The notes: generated from the letters alone by a model not told the origin. Counted from the stretch's first letter, positions 9,463 to 22,297 are shown. The stretch: 64,000 nt of DNA from Myxococcaceae bacterium (GCA_044223505.1 JBGALX010000012.1:90174-154173); one strand, 5' to 3'. Translations and numbers: made by a program.

Positions 9463-9740
9463 TCGAGACCCGGCGCCGCAGAGATGGTTCAGGCGACCAG
9501 GCCGTCGAGCTGCTGCCGCAAGATGTGGAGGCGCGGGCCGAGCGCCTGCACGTCGCCTCTCTGCAGCGCGTTGAGCCGGGCGCGCAGCTGCGAGACCTGG
9601 TCGAGACCCGGCGCCGCTGAGACGGATCAGGCGACCAGGCCGTTGAGCTGCTGCCGCAAGATGTTGAGGCGCGGCCCGAGCGCCCGCGCGTCGCCGCCCT
9701 GAAGGTCGTTGAGCCGCGCGCGCAGCTGCGAGACCTGGTC
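9463..9740. repeat. Tandem duplication (2 copies of about 135 bp) of the 3-prime end, stop codon and about 25 bp of downstream sequence of gene 9627-10424.
   Basis: GGTCGAGACCCGGCGCCGC.GAGA...TCAGGCGACCAGGCCGT.GAGCTGCTGCCGCAAGATGT.GAGGCGCGG.CCGAGCGCC.GC.CGTCGCC......GTTGAGCCG.GCGCGCAGCTGCGAGACCTGGTC occurs twice. The distal copy would encode ...LRARLNALQRGDVQALGPRLHILRQQLDGLVA* after the functional stop. Confidence 0.8.
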
Positions 9741-10424
9741 GGGCGTGAGCTGCCCGCTCTGCTCGGCCGCGTCGATGCGCTCGCCGAGCGACTGCACCGT
9801 CTTCTGTGGGTCGACCTGCGCGTCGTGGCGCTCGCGGAAGATGGCGCGGTTCAGCTCGTTCACCGTCATCGTCTCGGGCGTGGCGCCGAGCTGCCCGACG
9901 CGGTCGGTGAGGCGCTGCGCTTCGTCGGCGGTGAGCGAGCCGTCTTGCACGCCGGCCTGAATGCGCGAGGTGAAGCTCGCCTTGCGCTTCTCGACGTCCA
10001 GCTCGCCGTCGTGGCGCTCGGCGCGCACGTCACGCGAGAGCGCCTTCAGCTGCTCGGGAGTCTGCGCCGCGTCGAGCCGCGACTTGAGCGCGTCGTGCTC
10101 TGCTTGCGTGAGTGAGCCGTCGGCGAGGCCGCGCTCGATGCGGCGGCCGATGTTCTCGCGGCGCTTCGCGGGGTCGATCTGATCATCGTGCTTGAGCTGG
10201 CGAATGTTGCCGCCGATGCCGTTGAGCAGGCGCTGCTGCTGCTGCAGGCGCGACGAGCCGTCGCCGTCGAACGCGTCGTTCTCGATGCGGCTCTGGGCCT
10301 TGTCGAGGCGGCCGCGCAGCCGCGAGGCCTCGTCGTCGCTCAGGGTGCCGGCGCGGACTCCCTGGTTGATGCGGCGGTGCTGGTTGGCGATGCGCTGCTC
10401 GACTGAGGCGAAGGAGGTTCTCAT
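9627..10424 (-). CDS. Internally repetitive (about 50-aa units) charged alpha-helical protein, function unknown.
   Basis: Protein repeats of (D/A)G(S/T)LT.DEA..L..RLD..Q. ATG at 10424. No signal peptide. Confidence 0.65.
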   Translation of the reverse strand: MRTSFASVEQRIANQHRRINQGVRAGTLSDDEASRLRGRLDKAQSRIENDAFDGDGSSRLQQQQRLLNGIGGNIRQLKHDDQIDPAKRRENIGRRIERGLADGSLTQAEHDALKSRLDAAQTPEQLKALSRDVRAERHDGELDVEKRKASFTSRIQAGVQDGSLTADEAQRLTDRVGQLGATPETMTVNELNRAIFRERHDAQVDPQKTVQSLGERIDAAEQSGQLTPDQVSQLRARLNDLQGGDARALGPRLNILRQQLNGLVA

Positions 10425-10613
10425 GGCTGTGGTAGGGCTCCGAGGGCGCTCGAGAGAAAGTTCCCGAGCTCGACGCGCTTCTCAGCAATCGAGAGACCAG
10501 CGCGGCCGAGCACTGAAGTGGGCATGCGCGCTGGAGCCACTGTCTCATCGCAGAGGACACCTGCGCTCGGTGCGCAACGGCCACACTCGATGCGCATTGC
10601 GCTCGGGCTCAGC

Positions 10614-12344
10614 TCAGGTGCCGAGCACGGTCTGCGCGGCGCGCAGGTACGCTTCGCAGCGAACCTTCCACACGAGCAAGATGGCGTCGTCGACGTCCTG
10701 CAAGGTCCAGCTGGCGAGCGGCTTGGCGGCGAGCGTGCCGAAGACGGCGCGGCGGTCCCACGTGCCGCCGAACAGCGGAGCGAGGTGCTGCGCGTCGCCC
10801 GGCAACCCCAGCGACCACTCGGTCATGATGATGCGCCACAGGTCGGTGAGAAACGGCGCGAGCCCGGGCTGGGTGCGGTTGTTGGCGACGTACTGCCGCG
10901 CGTTGCCGAGCGCCCAGGCGTACGCGTCCCACAGGAAGATGCCGTCGAGCGGGTGGCCGCCGGCGCGCGCGCCGCGCTGAATGCCCTCGAGCGAGTTGAG
11001 GAACACGGGGAACGGCGCGCGCACCTGGCCCGAGGTGACGTACGTGTTGCTCGAGTCGAGCCACAGCGCGCCGGCGTCGGCGTTCCAGTCGGGCCAGTCC
11101 CAGAAGTCGGAGGCGTTCGGCGGCCGCGTCTCGCTGGGGCCGACCGCGTGCCCGCTGAAGAACATCAGCGCCGAGACGTAGGGCACGAGGGTGCGCGGCC
11201 GGTCGGGGTTCGCCTGAATCCACTCGGCGAGCGCCTTCACGTCTTCGTACTGGTAGGCGGCCTCGGCGCTCAGCCCGGCCCGCGGCCCGGCGTCTTCTCG
11301 CGTGACGTCGACGACGTTCACGTCGGGGAAGCCGCCGACCAGGTAGTACGACGGGGCGACGACGTCCTGCTCGCGCAAGAAGGGCTGCCACTCGGGCAGG
11401 GCGTACGCGGCGCCCATCCAGTCGCGGCCGAACTCGCGCAGGAACGAGCCCATCGCCGGCGGGTAGCGGCCGCCGTCGTGGAAGTGGTCGTAGCGGACGT
11501 CGAGCGGGCCTCCGCCGACCACCGCGTGCATGCCCGCCGCCGCCATCGGCACCGTCGCCCACTGCCAGGCGCCTGGGAACTCGCCGCCGTCGAACGGGTA
11601 GCCGCTCGGCCAGGTGGGGCTTCGGTACGCACGCAGCGCTGCCTCCGAGAAGTAGAACGTGTTGCCGACCGCCGCGCCGTAGAAGCTCAGCGGCTTGCCG
11701 CCGTCGGGCGCCGCGCTGCCGAACCTCGCTGCGAATCGCGTGACGACCGAGCTCACCGCCGCCAGGTTCCCCGCATACGACGGCTGAGCCCGGCCCAGCT
11801 GCGTCGGGTTCGGCACGATGGCTCCTTCGATGTCGAGCCCGAGAAAGACCTGGCGCACCGTGCTGGCGTTCAGCTCGGCCTGCACGCGAGAGAGGTACGC
11901 GAGCCCTCCGTCGACCGACCACTCGGTGCCCGCATTCGCCGGGCCGATGACGTTCCAGTTGTAGCCGTTGCCGTACGTGTAGCCGACGCTCGCGTCCGTG
12001 CTCGACGCGAACGCTCGCGCCCCCGCTCGCCACGCCGGGTTCGTCCGGTTGCCGAAGCTGGGCGTGATGACGTCCTCTACCTCGGTGATGACGTAGAGGA
12101 AGCGTGGCGGTGGAGCTCCGGCGTCGGTGCCCGCGTCGCTCGGCGTGCCTCCCGCGGTCGAGCCTCCTGCGGTCGAGCCTCCTGCGGTCGAGCCTCCCGC
12201 GGTCGAGCCTCCTGCGGTCGAGCCTCCTGCGGTCGAGCCTCCTGCGGTCGAGCCTCCTGCGGTCGAGCCTCCATCAGGGCTTGATGACGTGGGACACGCT
12301 GCGAGCAGCGCCAGCGCCACCATCGCCGCGCGACGAAGAGCCAT
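10614..12344 (-). CDS. Lipoprotein with a (GGSTA)8 linker, function unknown.
   Basis: MALRRAAMVALALLAAC lipobox, then 8 exact GGSTA repeats, then a roughly 500-aa domain rich in W, Y and G. High GC3. Confidence 0.75.
   Translation of the reverse strand: MALRRAAMVALALLAACPTSSSPDGGSTAGGSTAGGSTAGGSTAGGSTAGGSTAGGSTAGGSTAGGTPSDAGTDAGAPPPRFLYVITEVEDVITPSFGNRTNPAWRAGARAFASSTDASVGYTYGNGYNWNVIGPANAGTEWSVDGGLAYLSRVQAELNASTVRQVFLGLDIEGAIVPNPTQLGRAQPSYAGNLAAVSSVVTRFAARFGSAAPDGGKPLSFYGAAVGNTFYFSEAALRAYRSPTWPSGYPFDGGEFPGAWQWATVPMAAAGMHAVVGGGPLDVRYDHFHDGGRYPPAMGSFLREFGRDWMGAAYALPEWQPFLREQDVVAPSYYLVGGFPDVNVVDVTREDAGPRAGLSAEAAYQYEDVKALAEWIQANPDRPRTLVPYVSALMFFSGHAVGPSETRPPNASDFWDWPDWNADAGALWLDSSNTYVTSGQVRAPFPVFLNSLEGIQRGARAGGHPLDGIFLWDAYAWALGNARQYVANNRTQPGLAPFLTDLWRIIMTEWSLGLPGDAQHLAPLFGGTWDRRAVFGTLAAKPLASWTLQDVDDAILLVWKVRCEAYLRAAQTVLGT
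12153..12272. repeat. 15-bp perfect tandem repeat x8 (GCGGTCGAGCCTCCT), coding for the (GGSTA)8 linker on the minus strand.
   Basis: Read directly; a single C/T variation between units. Confidence 0.9.
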
Positions 12345-12380
12345 CACGTAGCAGCATACGACGATCGGCCGCCGCGCCCC

Positions 12381-13200
12381 TTGCGTGCGACCGCTGACTG
12401 CTGGTGCGCTCCTTCGGGTATGCGAACCGGTTGGCTGCTCGTGGTGCTGCTCATCGGCTGCCATGCAGCGGTGGAGTCGCCTCTGCCGCAAGACGCCGGC
12501 AGCGCAGGCGGCACGCCGCTGTCGGCGACTGGCGGTGGTTCTGCGGGCGGTGACTCCGCCTCGGGCGGCGGCACTTCGGGCGGCGGCACTGGGGCTACGC
12601 GTTGGTGCTGAGCCCCCGCCCCACGTCGACGCGGAGCGTGCACACCGGCCACCCGGCTTTCCTTCTCAACACCACCGAGATCAACACGCTGAAGCAGCTC
12701 ATCACTCAGCCGACCTACGTCCAGGCGCGTTGGCAGCGGGTCAAGGCGCTGGCGGACGCGACGGTCGCGGGCACCGACCTGAACGGCAAGCCGCTCCCGA
12801 ACCGCAACTTCACCGATTGGCCGACCCGCAGCTCAGGCTACGGAGCGCCGCAGTACGTTGGCCGCCCGACTGCTGCCCTCGCGATGGCATTCCTGATGAC
12901 CGACGACGTCGTGTACGCCCCAGCGGGCGGCAGAGATTCTCAACGCCTTTCGCCTCGGAGGAGGTCTGGGAGGCGGGAACTCGTTCGACGGCCTCAAGGG
13001 CACGTTCCTCTAGTCGCTCTTGTTCGCCTACGACGCCATCTACACCTCAGGCGCGCTGAGCTCGGTCGAGAAGAACCAGCTCGAGAGCTGGTTCAAGGGC
13101 ATCGTGCCGATGAGCCAAGGTCAGACGTACTGCGCAGACCAAGGGCAGCGGTCAGCCCAGGTGACGCTGCAGATGCCCATGGGTGACGCCTCGGCGCGCA
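12381..13200 (+). pseudogene. Decayed lipoprotein gene with an alginate-lyase / heparinase II/III-like N-terminal region, broken by at least two frameshifts and truncated.
   Basis: Frame 0 gives the signal peptide and lipobox MRTGWLLVVLLIGC plus a Gly/Ser linker, then a stop. Frame 2 gives ...HTGHPAFLLNTTEINTLKQLITQPTYVQARWQRVKALADATVAG...ALAMAFLMTDDVVYA. Frame 0 returns with ...LLFAYDAIYTSGALSSVEKNQLESWFKGIV. Coding signal then fades. Confidence 0.5.
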
Positions 13201-13570
13201 TCGAGGCGGTGCAAAGCGCCCGCGAGCTACCCGCGCATCGAGCAGGTGCCTACGGCGCTGTGCGGGTACAGCAACCGGTTCTGGGCGCGCTGAGCCCGAG
13301 AACCGCTGACGCGTGCTTCGGCCCGACCTCGGGAACCCGTGAGAGCCGTGCTCACGCGCGCGCGCCCGGAGTCGCGTCACGACCGCCGAGGCGAGGGTCT
13401 GCCCGACCAGGTGGTAGCCGCCGACGATGACGAAGAACGCGACGGCTGGGGCTGGTGGGGCGCGACCGCGTCGATGCCGACCGTGGCGAGCGAACAGCCG
13501 AGCCACAGGCCGCCGCTGACCCGCTCGGTGCCCTCGGTGCTTCGGCGCCGCCGGGCGTGAGCCGACCGCT

Positions 13571-15385
13571 TCACGTGCGAGCGGGCGACCCGCCCAGGGC
13601 CGCGGGGTCGCGACGGTCACCCATCGCCTGCTCGACGGCCGACTGGAGCTGATCCGGAGCGAACGGCTTGGCGAGGAAGGTCTCGACGCAGGCGTCGAGG
13701 CCGCTGATGTCGAGCCGATCGAACGTGTGGCCCGACATGAACACGACGCGCACTCCGGGCCGCTCAGCCCTGAGCTGTGTCACGAGCTGCGGCCCACCCA
13801 TCACCGGCATCACCACGTCCGTCACGACCACGTCGAGCCGCGCCATGCGGCGGGCGGTCTCGAGCGCCTCCTGCCCGTCGCGCGCCTCGGTCACCTCGAA
13901 CCCGACCTTCCTCAGCACGCGGCTGACCATGCGGCGAATCGCGTCTTCGTCTTCCACGACGAGCACCACGCCGCGGCTCTCGGGTGCAGGGCGCGCGTGC
14001 GCACCGCTGCTGCCCTCGGCGGTGGGCAACAGCACGGTGAAGCACGAGCCCTGACCCTCGCTGCTCTGTACGGTGATCTCGCCCTCGTTCTGCCGCACCA
14101 GCCCGTAGACGGTGGCGAGGCCGAGGCCCGTGCCCTTGCCGAGGGGCTTGGTGGTGAAGAACGGCTCGAAGAGCTGGCGGCGCGTCGCTTCGTCCATGCC
14201 CGTGCCGGTGTCGCGCACGCTGAGCGCGACGAAGTTCGCGACCGGCGTGCGGCCGTCTGCCGAGCGATCGGCGTGCCGGGCGTGACGCGTCTCGATGGTG
14301 AGCTTGCCGCCACGGGGCATGGCGTCGCGGGCGTTGACCACGAGGTTCATCAGAATCTGCTCGACCTGCACCGCGTCGGCGTTCACGCGCCCGATGCCGG
14401 GGTCGAGGTCGAGCTGCAAGACCACGTCTTCGCCGATCAGGCGCCGCAGCATGCGCGACAGGTCGGTGGTGAGCAGGTTCAGATCGACGACCTGCCGGCG
14501 ATGGTCCTGCTTCCGGCCGAACGCGAGCAGCCGGCGGGTGATTTCGGTCGCACGGCTCGCGGCGTCGACGATGACCGCGAGGTCCTCTTGCGCCGCGGCG
14601 TCGTGCACGGCCTCGCGCGTGAGCTCTGCGTGGCTCACGATGACCGTGAGCAGGTTGTTGAAGTCGTGCGCGATGCCGCCGGCGAGGCGGCCCAGCGCCT
14701 CGAGCTTCTGCGCCTGCGCGAGCTGGCCCTGCGTCCGCTCGAGCTCCTTGAGGCTCTTCTGCAGCTGCTGGTTCGCCTGCGTGAGCGCCGCGCCCTGGCT
14801 CTTGAGCTCGGACGTGTAGTGCGCGTTGTCGAGCGCGCGGGTGACGTGGTTCGCGAACAGCTGCAGAAAGGGCAGGTGGTCGACGTGCGGCAGCTCGCGG
14901 TGGTGCGAGTTCGCGCGGCCCGACCAGCCGAGCAGCAGCACGGGCCCCGCGAGCGACCCGGGCCGAATCGGCACCACCACGAAGACCCTCGGCGGGGCGT
15001 GGGGCTGCACACCGAGGCCCTCGAGGGCGGCGAGCGCCGCTCGACCCCGGTCGGAGTCGGCTCCCATCACTTCAGGGCGGGTCACGTCGCCGAGCTGTGC
15101 CTGCCGGGCCGGGAGCCGCAGCACGGCGACGTCTTCGAGCTCGAACTGGTCGAGCAGCGCGTCGCGGGCCTCGGTGAAGACGGCCTCTGCGGCCTCGACG
15201 CCGGTGATGTCGAACGCGAAGTCGGCGAGGCGCTTGATGCGGTCGAGCTGCCGCTCGCTCTCTCGACGGGCGCGGGTGAGCGCGTGCTCGGCCTTGACGA
15301 GGTGCTTGAGCTGCTCCGACAAGAGGCCGACCTCGCGCCGCAGCTCGTCGCGCTCAGCCTCGAGCTCTGAAGGAGGCTCGCTCAT
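13571..15385 (-). CDS. Hybrid sensor histidine kinase (coiled-coil/GAF-like N-terminus, HisKA, HATPase_c, C-terminal receiver).
   Basis: H-box AHDFNNLL, G-box GTGLGL, and a C-terminal receiver ([12 protein letters not shown]...VVTDVVMP). The start overlaps the upstream FIST gene stop. Confidence 0.9.
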   Translation of the reverse strand: MSEPPSELEAERDELRREVGLLSEQLKHLVKAEHALTRARRESERQLDRIKRLADFAFDITGVEAAEAVFTEARDALLDQFELEDVAVLRLPARQAQLGDVTRPEVMGADSDRGRAALAALEGLGVQPHAPPRVFVVVPIRPGSLAGPVLLLGWSGRANSHHRELPHVDHLPFLQLFANHVTRALDNAHYTSELKSQGAALTQANQQLQKSLKELERTQGQLAQAQKLEALGRLAGGIAHDFNNLLTVIVSHAELTREAVHDAAAQEDLAVIVDAASRATEITRRLLAFGRKQDHRRQVVDLNLLTTDLSRMLRRLIGEDVVLQLDLDPGIGRVNADAVQVEQILMNLVVNARDAMPRGGKLTIETRHARHADRSADGRTPVANFVALSVRDTGTGMDEATRRQLFEPFFTTKPLGKGTGLGLATVYGLVRQNEGEITVQSSEGQGSCFTVLLPTAEGSSGAHARPAPESRGVVLVVEDEDAIRRMVSRVLRKVGFEVTEARDGQEALETARRMARLDVVVTDVVMPVMGGPQLVTQLRAERPGVRVVFMSGHTFDRLDISGLDACVETFLAKPFAPDQLQSAVEQAMGDRRDPAALGGSPART

Positions 15386-15388
15386 GCG

Positions 15389-16576
15389 TCACTCGTCGTA
15401 GAAGGCACAGAGCACGACCGTGTAGTTGTGGTACGCGAGCGCGCCGTCGGTGGCGGCGATCTCACCGTACGTGTGAAAGCCCGCCCACGGCACCTGGTCG
15501 CCGACCACCGCGCGCAGCGGCTTCACGATCTCGTCGGCCGCGCAGTTGCCGAACATCACCTTTCCCCGGCCGGCACAATCGAGCTGCAGCACGAACGCAG
15601 GCCGAGCGCTTCGACCGGCGGTCGCCTCGCTCGCGCAGCGCACCGCCGTGTGGCGAATGCGCTCGGCGTCGCGGCGAGTCATGCGCACGCGCTGGCCGGC
15701 GCGCAGACCGCCCCCCGGGAAGAACAGCGCCCCCGTGCGCTTGTCGAGCTGCAGCGGCGTGCGAATCACCATCGGGTCCGAGACCGTCTTCGCGTCCGGG
15801 TCGAGCGACGTCCCGATGCAGAGGTGAACGATGCCCTCGGCGCTGAGGTCGGTCGGGTCACCGTCGAGGTAGCTCTTGAAGACGTCCCAGGCGGGGCGGC
15901 CGTCGAGCTCGTGCACCCAGCCGCCTTCGACCTTGGTGATGACCTGATGTGGGCCGACCGGCGTGCAGCCGTGGCTAACCGACACCCTCAGCTCACCTTT
16001 GCCGCGGAGGACGAGCGCAGCCACGCCGCCCGTCGCCACGCTCGAGCCGCAGTACTGCCACGTTCGCTCGAACATCATCGCGTCGCCCGCCGCCCCGCCC
16101 ACCACCGTCACTCCCGGCAGCCGCGCTTGCAGCACCGCGAGGAAGCGCGTGCAGTCACCCGTCAGCCCGTCGAGGAACACGATGACCCCCACCACGTCGT
16201 CGGTCTTGCCGAGCCGATCGGCCAGCGTGCCCGCCGCGCCCGCCGGGTCATCGCCGTACCCCTCGACCAGGTGCGCTTCGGCCCGCAGCCGCGGGTCGAG
16301 CTTGACCGCCATCACCCCCACCGCATGGTCGGTCTCTCTTGACTCACCTTCAGCGATGACCCCCTCGCCGGTGCAGCCGATCAGCACGCAGCGCTCGCCC
16401 AGCGACCCGGTCAGCTCGGCGACGAGCTCCTGGTGCGCGTGGGCCGCGGTCGCGAACACCAGGCCCAGGTCGGCCTGAGCACCGCCGATCGCCTCCAGCG
16501 CGCGCTGCGCCGCCTGTCGGGCAGCCGCCCTCGAGTTCCGCTCGGTGCTCATGCCTACCGCTGCTCGCGTCGCCAT
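15389..16576 (-). CDS. FIST-domain signalling protein.
   Basis: FIST N and C regions (…GFHTYGEIA...). The start is trimmed to MATRAAVGMSTERN, with a GAGGTG Shine-Dalgarno upstream. The track ORF carries about 250 aa of junk N-terminal extension. Confidence 0.8.
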   Translation of the reverse strand: MATRAAVGMSTERNSRAAARQAAQRALEAIGGAQADLGLVFATAAHAHQELVAELTGSLGERCVLIGCTGEGVIAEGESRETDHAVGVMAVKLDPRLRAEAHLVEGYGDDPAGAAGTLADRLGKTDDVVGVIVFLDGLTGDCTRFLAVLQARLPGVTVVGGAAGDAMMFERTWQYCGSSVATGGVAALVLRGKGELRVSVSHGCTPVGPHQVITKVEGGWVHELDGRPAWDVFKSYLDGDPTDLSAEGIVHLCIGTSLDPDAKTVSDPMVIRTPLQLDKRTGALFFPGGGLRAGQRVRMTRRDAERIRHTAVRCASEATAGRSARPAFVLQLDCAGRGKVMFGNCAADEIVKPLRAVVGDQVPWAGFHTYGEIAATDGALAYHNYTVVLCAFYDE

Positions 16577-16665
16577 GCCGAGCACCTCGCAAGCGCCGCG
16601 CCACCGGCGGGCGCCGGGGTGGGTCTGTCGCGCCCCAGGCGGGAGTTCGCTCGAGGCGCGGGGCG

Positions 16666-16860
16666 CTACCTCAACGCGCCCATGGCGAGCAGCACGACGC
16701 CGCCGGCGAGGAGCACTGCGCCGACGACCTTGGGCACGCGTGCGTTCGCCTCGGGTGACAGGTACCGCGCCCAGCGCTGCTTGAGGCGGAGCAGGTTCCA
16801 GCGGTACGGAGCGAAGATGCCGTAGGCGCCCAGCGCCGCGGCCACCGAGCCCATCGCCAT
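16666..16860 (-). CDS. Small two-TM membrane protein (64 aa), first gene of the FIST/kinase operon.
   Basis: MAMGSVAAALGAYGIFAPYRWNLLRLKQRWARYLSPEANARVPKVVGAVLLAGGVVLLAMGALR. AGGAGA Shine-Dalgarno 6 nt upstream. Confidence 0.35.
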   Translation of the reverse strand: MAMGSVAAALGAYGIFAPYRWNLLRLKQRWARYLSPEANARVPKVVGAVLLAGGVVLLAMGALR

Positions 16861-17044
16861 CAGCTCTCCTGCGGTCTTCGGAGCCGCCATCGCCGGCCAC
16901 ATATACCGCGGCTGCGTCGATGCGCAGTTCGGTGTCGACGAGGCGAGAAAGGGCCGTGGGGTTGGGTTGACCCTCTGCTCGCGCGGCCAAGCCCGCAGAC
17001 GGGCTGCCGCCGGCGGCGCGCCGCTTCTTGCAATCGCCCACCTC

Positions 17045-17425
17045 GTGGCGGTGGTACTGGTGGTCGATGACGAGCCTGGCAACCTCAGCACCTTCGTGCG
17101 GTGTTTTCGCCGCGACTACGAGCTGAAGACGGCGCTGAGCGCGGCCGAGGCAGTGGCGGCGCTCGAGGCAGGGCCCATCGACGTCGTCGTGACGGATCAA
17201 GCGATGCCGCAGGTCACAGGCGTCGAGCTGCTCAAGGTGGTGAGCGCGCGCTGGCCCCACGTGGCGCGGCTCGTCGTGAGCGGCCACGAGAACCAGCCCG
17301 AGTTGATCAAAGCCCGCCGTGACGGGCTCGCGCACGAGCTGCTCTGGAAGCCGTGGGAGAAGGCCGACGTGCTCGCGGCCATCGCACGAGCCATGAACGT
17401 CGTTCGCCCCCGGCAGGGGCCGTGA
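17045..17425 (+). CDS. Response regulator receiver domain protein.
   Basis: VVLVVDDEPGNL...VVTDQAMPQVTG...LWKPW. GTG start chosen; the exact start is uncertain. Confidence 0.7.
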   Translation: MAVVLVVDDEPGNLSTFVRCFRRDYELKTALSAAEAVAALEAGPIDVVVTDQAMPQVTGVELLKVVSARWPHVARLVVSGHENQPELIKARRDGLAHELLWKPWEKADVLAAIARAMNVVRPRQGP

Positions 17426-18855
17426 CCGGGCTGGCGGCGGCCTGGGCGGGGCGCGCGCCCGAGCGGGAGCGAACCAGCGCGCTGGTGGTGCTGCTCACCA
17501 TCGCGGTGCTCGTGCCCGCGTGGAGCGTGCTCGACTTCCACCTCGAGCGCCGCCACGCCGTCGAGTTCCTCGCGCTGCGGGCGACCGTCGCGGTGAGCGC
17601 CTTGATCGGCTGGTTGTGGGTGTACTCGCGCCGCGCTGCGCTCTGGCGCAACCGCATCGTGCTGGCCGTCGAGCTGGTCGCCACCGGCGCGTGCGTCTCG
17701 TACTTCGTCAACCAGGTCGAGCACGCCGCCGCCTACAGCATCGGCTTCTCGGTGATGTTCTGGGCCCTGGGGCTCATCGCGGTGTGGCCCTGGCACCACC
17801 ACGTCGCGACGTACGTCGTCTGGCTGACGACGCACCTGGTGCTGTGGGCCGAGCTCTCGCCGCTCGACCGCAACATCTTCCTCGGCTACCTCGCCTATCT
17901 CGTCACGGCCGCGTGCCTGTCGGTCGCGTCTTCGATCGTGCGGGCGCGGCTCGAGTACGCGGGCTTCGTCGCCTCTCACCAGCTCGAGCGCAAGAACGTC
18001 GAGCTCGAGTCGGCGCTCGCCAAGCTCACCGAGACGCGAGAGCGCTGGGGCGCGCTCGAGAAGCTGACCGCGCTGGGCCGCCTGACGGCGCAGCTCGCGC
18101 ACGAGATCAACAACCCGGTCAACGTCATCAAGAACAACCTGCCGCCGCTGCGCGAGTCGATGCAGCAGCTCGACGAGGCCCTCGAGCTTGCGCGACGCGC
18201 CGACCGCTCGGGCAGCGAGCTCGACGCCCTGTGGAAGAAGTACGACGTCGACTTCATTCGTCACGACGTCGTCGATGCGCTCTCGACGGTGGCCACCGCG
18301 TGCGACCGCATTCTCACGGTGCAGCGCGACCTGCGCGCGTTCATGCGCGGCGACGCCGAGCAGCAGGTCGAGAGCGACCTCAACGAGGCGGTGCGCGCCA
18401 CGGTGGCGCTGCTGCGGCGCAACCTCGGCCCCCGCGTCGTGCTCACCGAGCGCTACGCCGAGCTGCCCCGCGTGCCCCTCTTCCCGGCGAAGGTGGGCCA
18501 GGTGACGCTGAACCTGCTGCAGAACGCGCTCGACGCCGTCGGAGACTCAGGCACCATCGACGTCGAGACCCGCCGCGACGGCGACCATCTCGTGCTCGCC
18601 GTGACCGACAGCGGGCGAGGTGTCAGCGAGCAGGCGCGCAAGCGCCTGTTCGAGCCCTTCTTCACCACGAAGGACGCGAAGAAGGGCACGGGCATCGGTC
18701 TCGCCACCTGCTTTCAGCTCGTGAACCTGCACGGCGGCACCATCGAGCTCGACGAGGCGTACTCGCTCGGAGCGCGGTTTGTCGTCAGCCTGCCGGTGAG
18801 CCCCAGGCCGGGTGCAGGGCCGGCGCCGTCATCACCTCGCCCCCTCTCGAGGTGA
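17422..18855 (+). CDS. Membrane sensor histidine kinase.
   Basis: Multiple TM helices, then H-box AHEINNPV and an HATPase_c domain. A GTG start overlaps the receiver stop (GTGA). Confidence 0.85.
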   Translation: MTGLAAAWAGRAPERERTSALVVLLTIAVLVPAWSVLDFHLERRHAVEFLALRATVAVSALIGWLWVYSRRAALWRNRIVLAVELVATGACVSYFVNQVEHAAAYSIGFSVMFWALGLIAVWPWHHHVATYVVWLTTHLVLWAELSPLDRNIFLGYLAYLVTAACLSVASSIVRARLEYAGFVASHQLERKNVELESALAKLTETRERWGALEKLTALGRLTAQLAHEINNPVNVIKNNLPPLRESMQQLDEALELARRADRSGSELDALWKKYDVDFIRHDVVDALSTVATACDRILTVQRDLRAFMRGDAEQQVESDLNEAVRATVALLRRNLGPRVVLTERYAELPRVPLFPAKVGQVTLNLLQNALDAVGDSGTIDVETRRDGDHLVLAVTDSGRGVSEQARKRLFEPFFTTKDAKKGTGIGLATCFQLVNLHGGTIELDEAYSLGARFVVSLPVSPRPGAGPAPSSPRPLSR

Positions 18856-18959
18856 TGACCGCTCTGCCGCTGAGCGCGGGCTTTCGGCGACCGGCTGGCG
18901 ACCGATGCCCGTATTTCCCCGCGCTCCAACCTGGCGCGGGTGACGAGCGGCGCGCGGAC

Positions 18960-21512
<2,553 letters not shown>

Positions 21513-21519
21513 GACGTCG

Positions 21520-22134
21520 TCACTGGCGCACGCACTGCTCGATGGCGTTATTGCACGTGTAGCCCGTAGGACAGTCGGTGCTGTACTTGCACGGCAGCCC
21601 CAGGCACGGCGCGTCGGTCTTGAAGCAGCGGCGCGTCTTGTCGTTGCACGAGTAGTTGGTCGGGCAGTCGGTGCTGTACATGCACTGCGTCGCCATGCAG
21701 AGGTTGCTGTTCACGCTCGCGGCGCAGAAGACGCCGAGCAGCACGTCGACCGCGCACGGGTCGGCCGAGTCGGTCTGGCCGAGCACGCAGCCGATGGTCG
21801 CGCTCTGAAACTGCGCGTGGCAGGTCTTCGCCTTCTCGAGCGCGGCTGCGCAAGGCGCCGAGGTCGTGTTCGGCAGCTTCGGGCAGACGACCGTCTTCGC
21901 CATCGTCCACTGCGCGGCGTCGGTGCACATCGCGTCGGCGAAGCGCTGCATGTCGGTCTCGCACTCGGAGACCGAGAGCGCGGTGCCCGAGGCGGTGCCG
22001 CCCGCGTTCCCGCCGGTGCCTCCCGCGGTTCCGCCCGTACCGCCGGCAGCGCCCGAGCCCCCGCCCGTGCCGGTCGTCATGGGTTGCGGCGCGCCACAGG
22101 CGGCCAGAAATACGAGTACGAACGCCTTCTTCAC
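21520..22134 (-). CDS. Cys-rich secreted lipoprotein.
   Basis: A GTG start gives VKKAFVLVFLAAC (lipobox), with a GGGAGA Shine-Dalgarno upstream. Gly/Thr linker and about 20 Cys residues. It stops 8 nt before the downstream kinase start. Confidence 0.7.
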   Translation of the reverse strand: MKKAFVLVFLAACGAPQPMTTGTGGGSGAAGGTGGTAGGTGGNAGGTASGTALSVSECETDMQRFADAMCTDAAQWTMAKTVVCPKLPNTTSAPCAAALEKAKTCHAQFQSATIGCVLGQTDSADPCAVDVLLGVFCAASVNSNLCMATQCMYSTDCPTNYSCNDKTRRCFKTDAPCLGLPCKYSTDCPTGYTCNNAIEQCVRQ

Positions 22135-22297
22135 GAGTCATCTCCCACGATTGAAGGACGCGAAATGCGTCGTCAGCGAGAGAGACAGGCGATGCGGTCT
22201 TGAAGTCTCAAGGGACAGCGAGGTGGTCGGCGGCACGAGCGGCACCAGCTGAGAGCTGCAGAAGAGTGACGAGCGAAGAAGAGAAGACGAACAGAGC

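Noticed and set aside
12153-12272. Possible CRISPR array, because of the perfect short direct repeats.
   Set aside because: Units are contiguous 15-mers with no spacers, and they are coding. The same reasoning rules out the hexanucleotide tract at 2380-2632 and the 135-bp duplication at 9463-9740.
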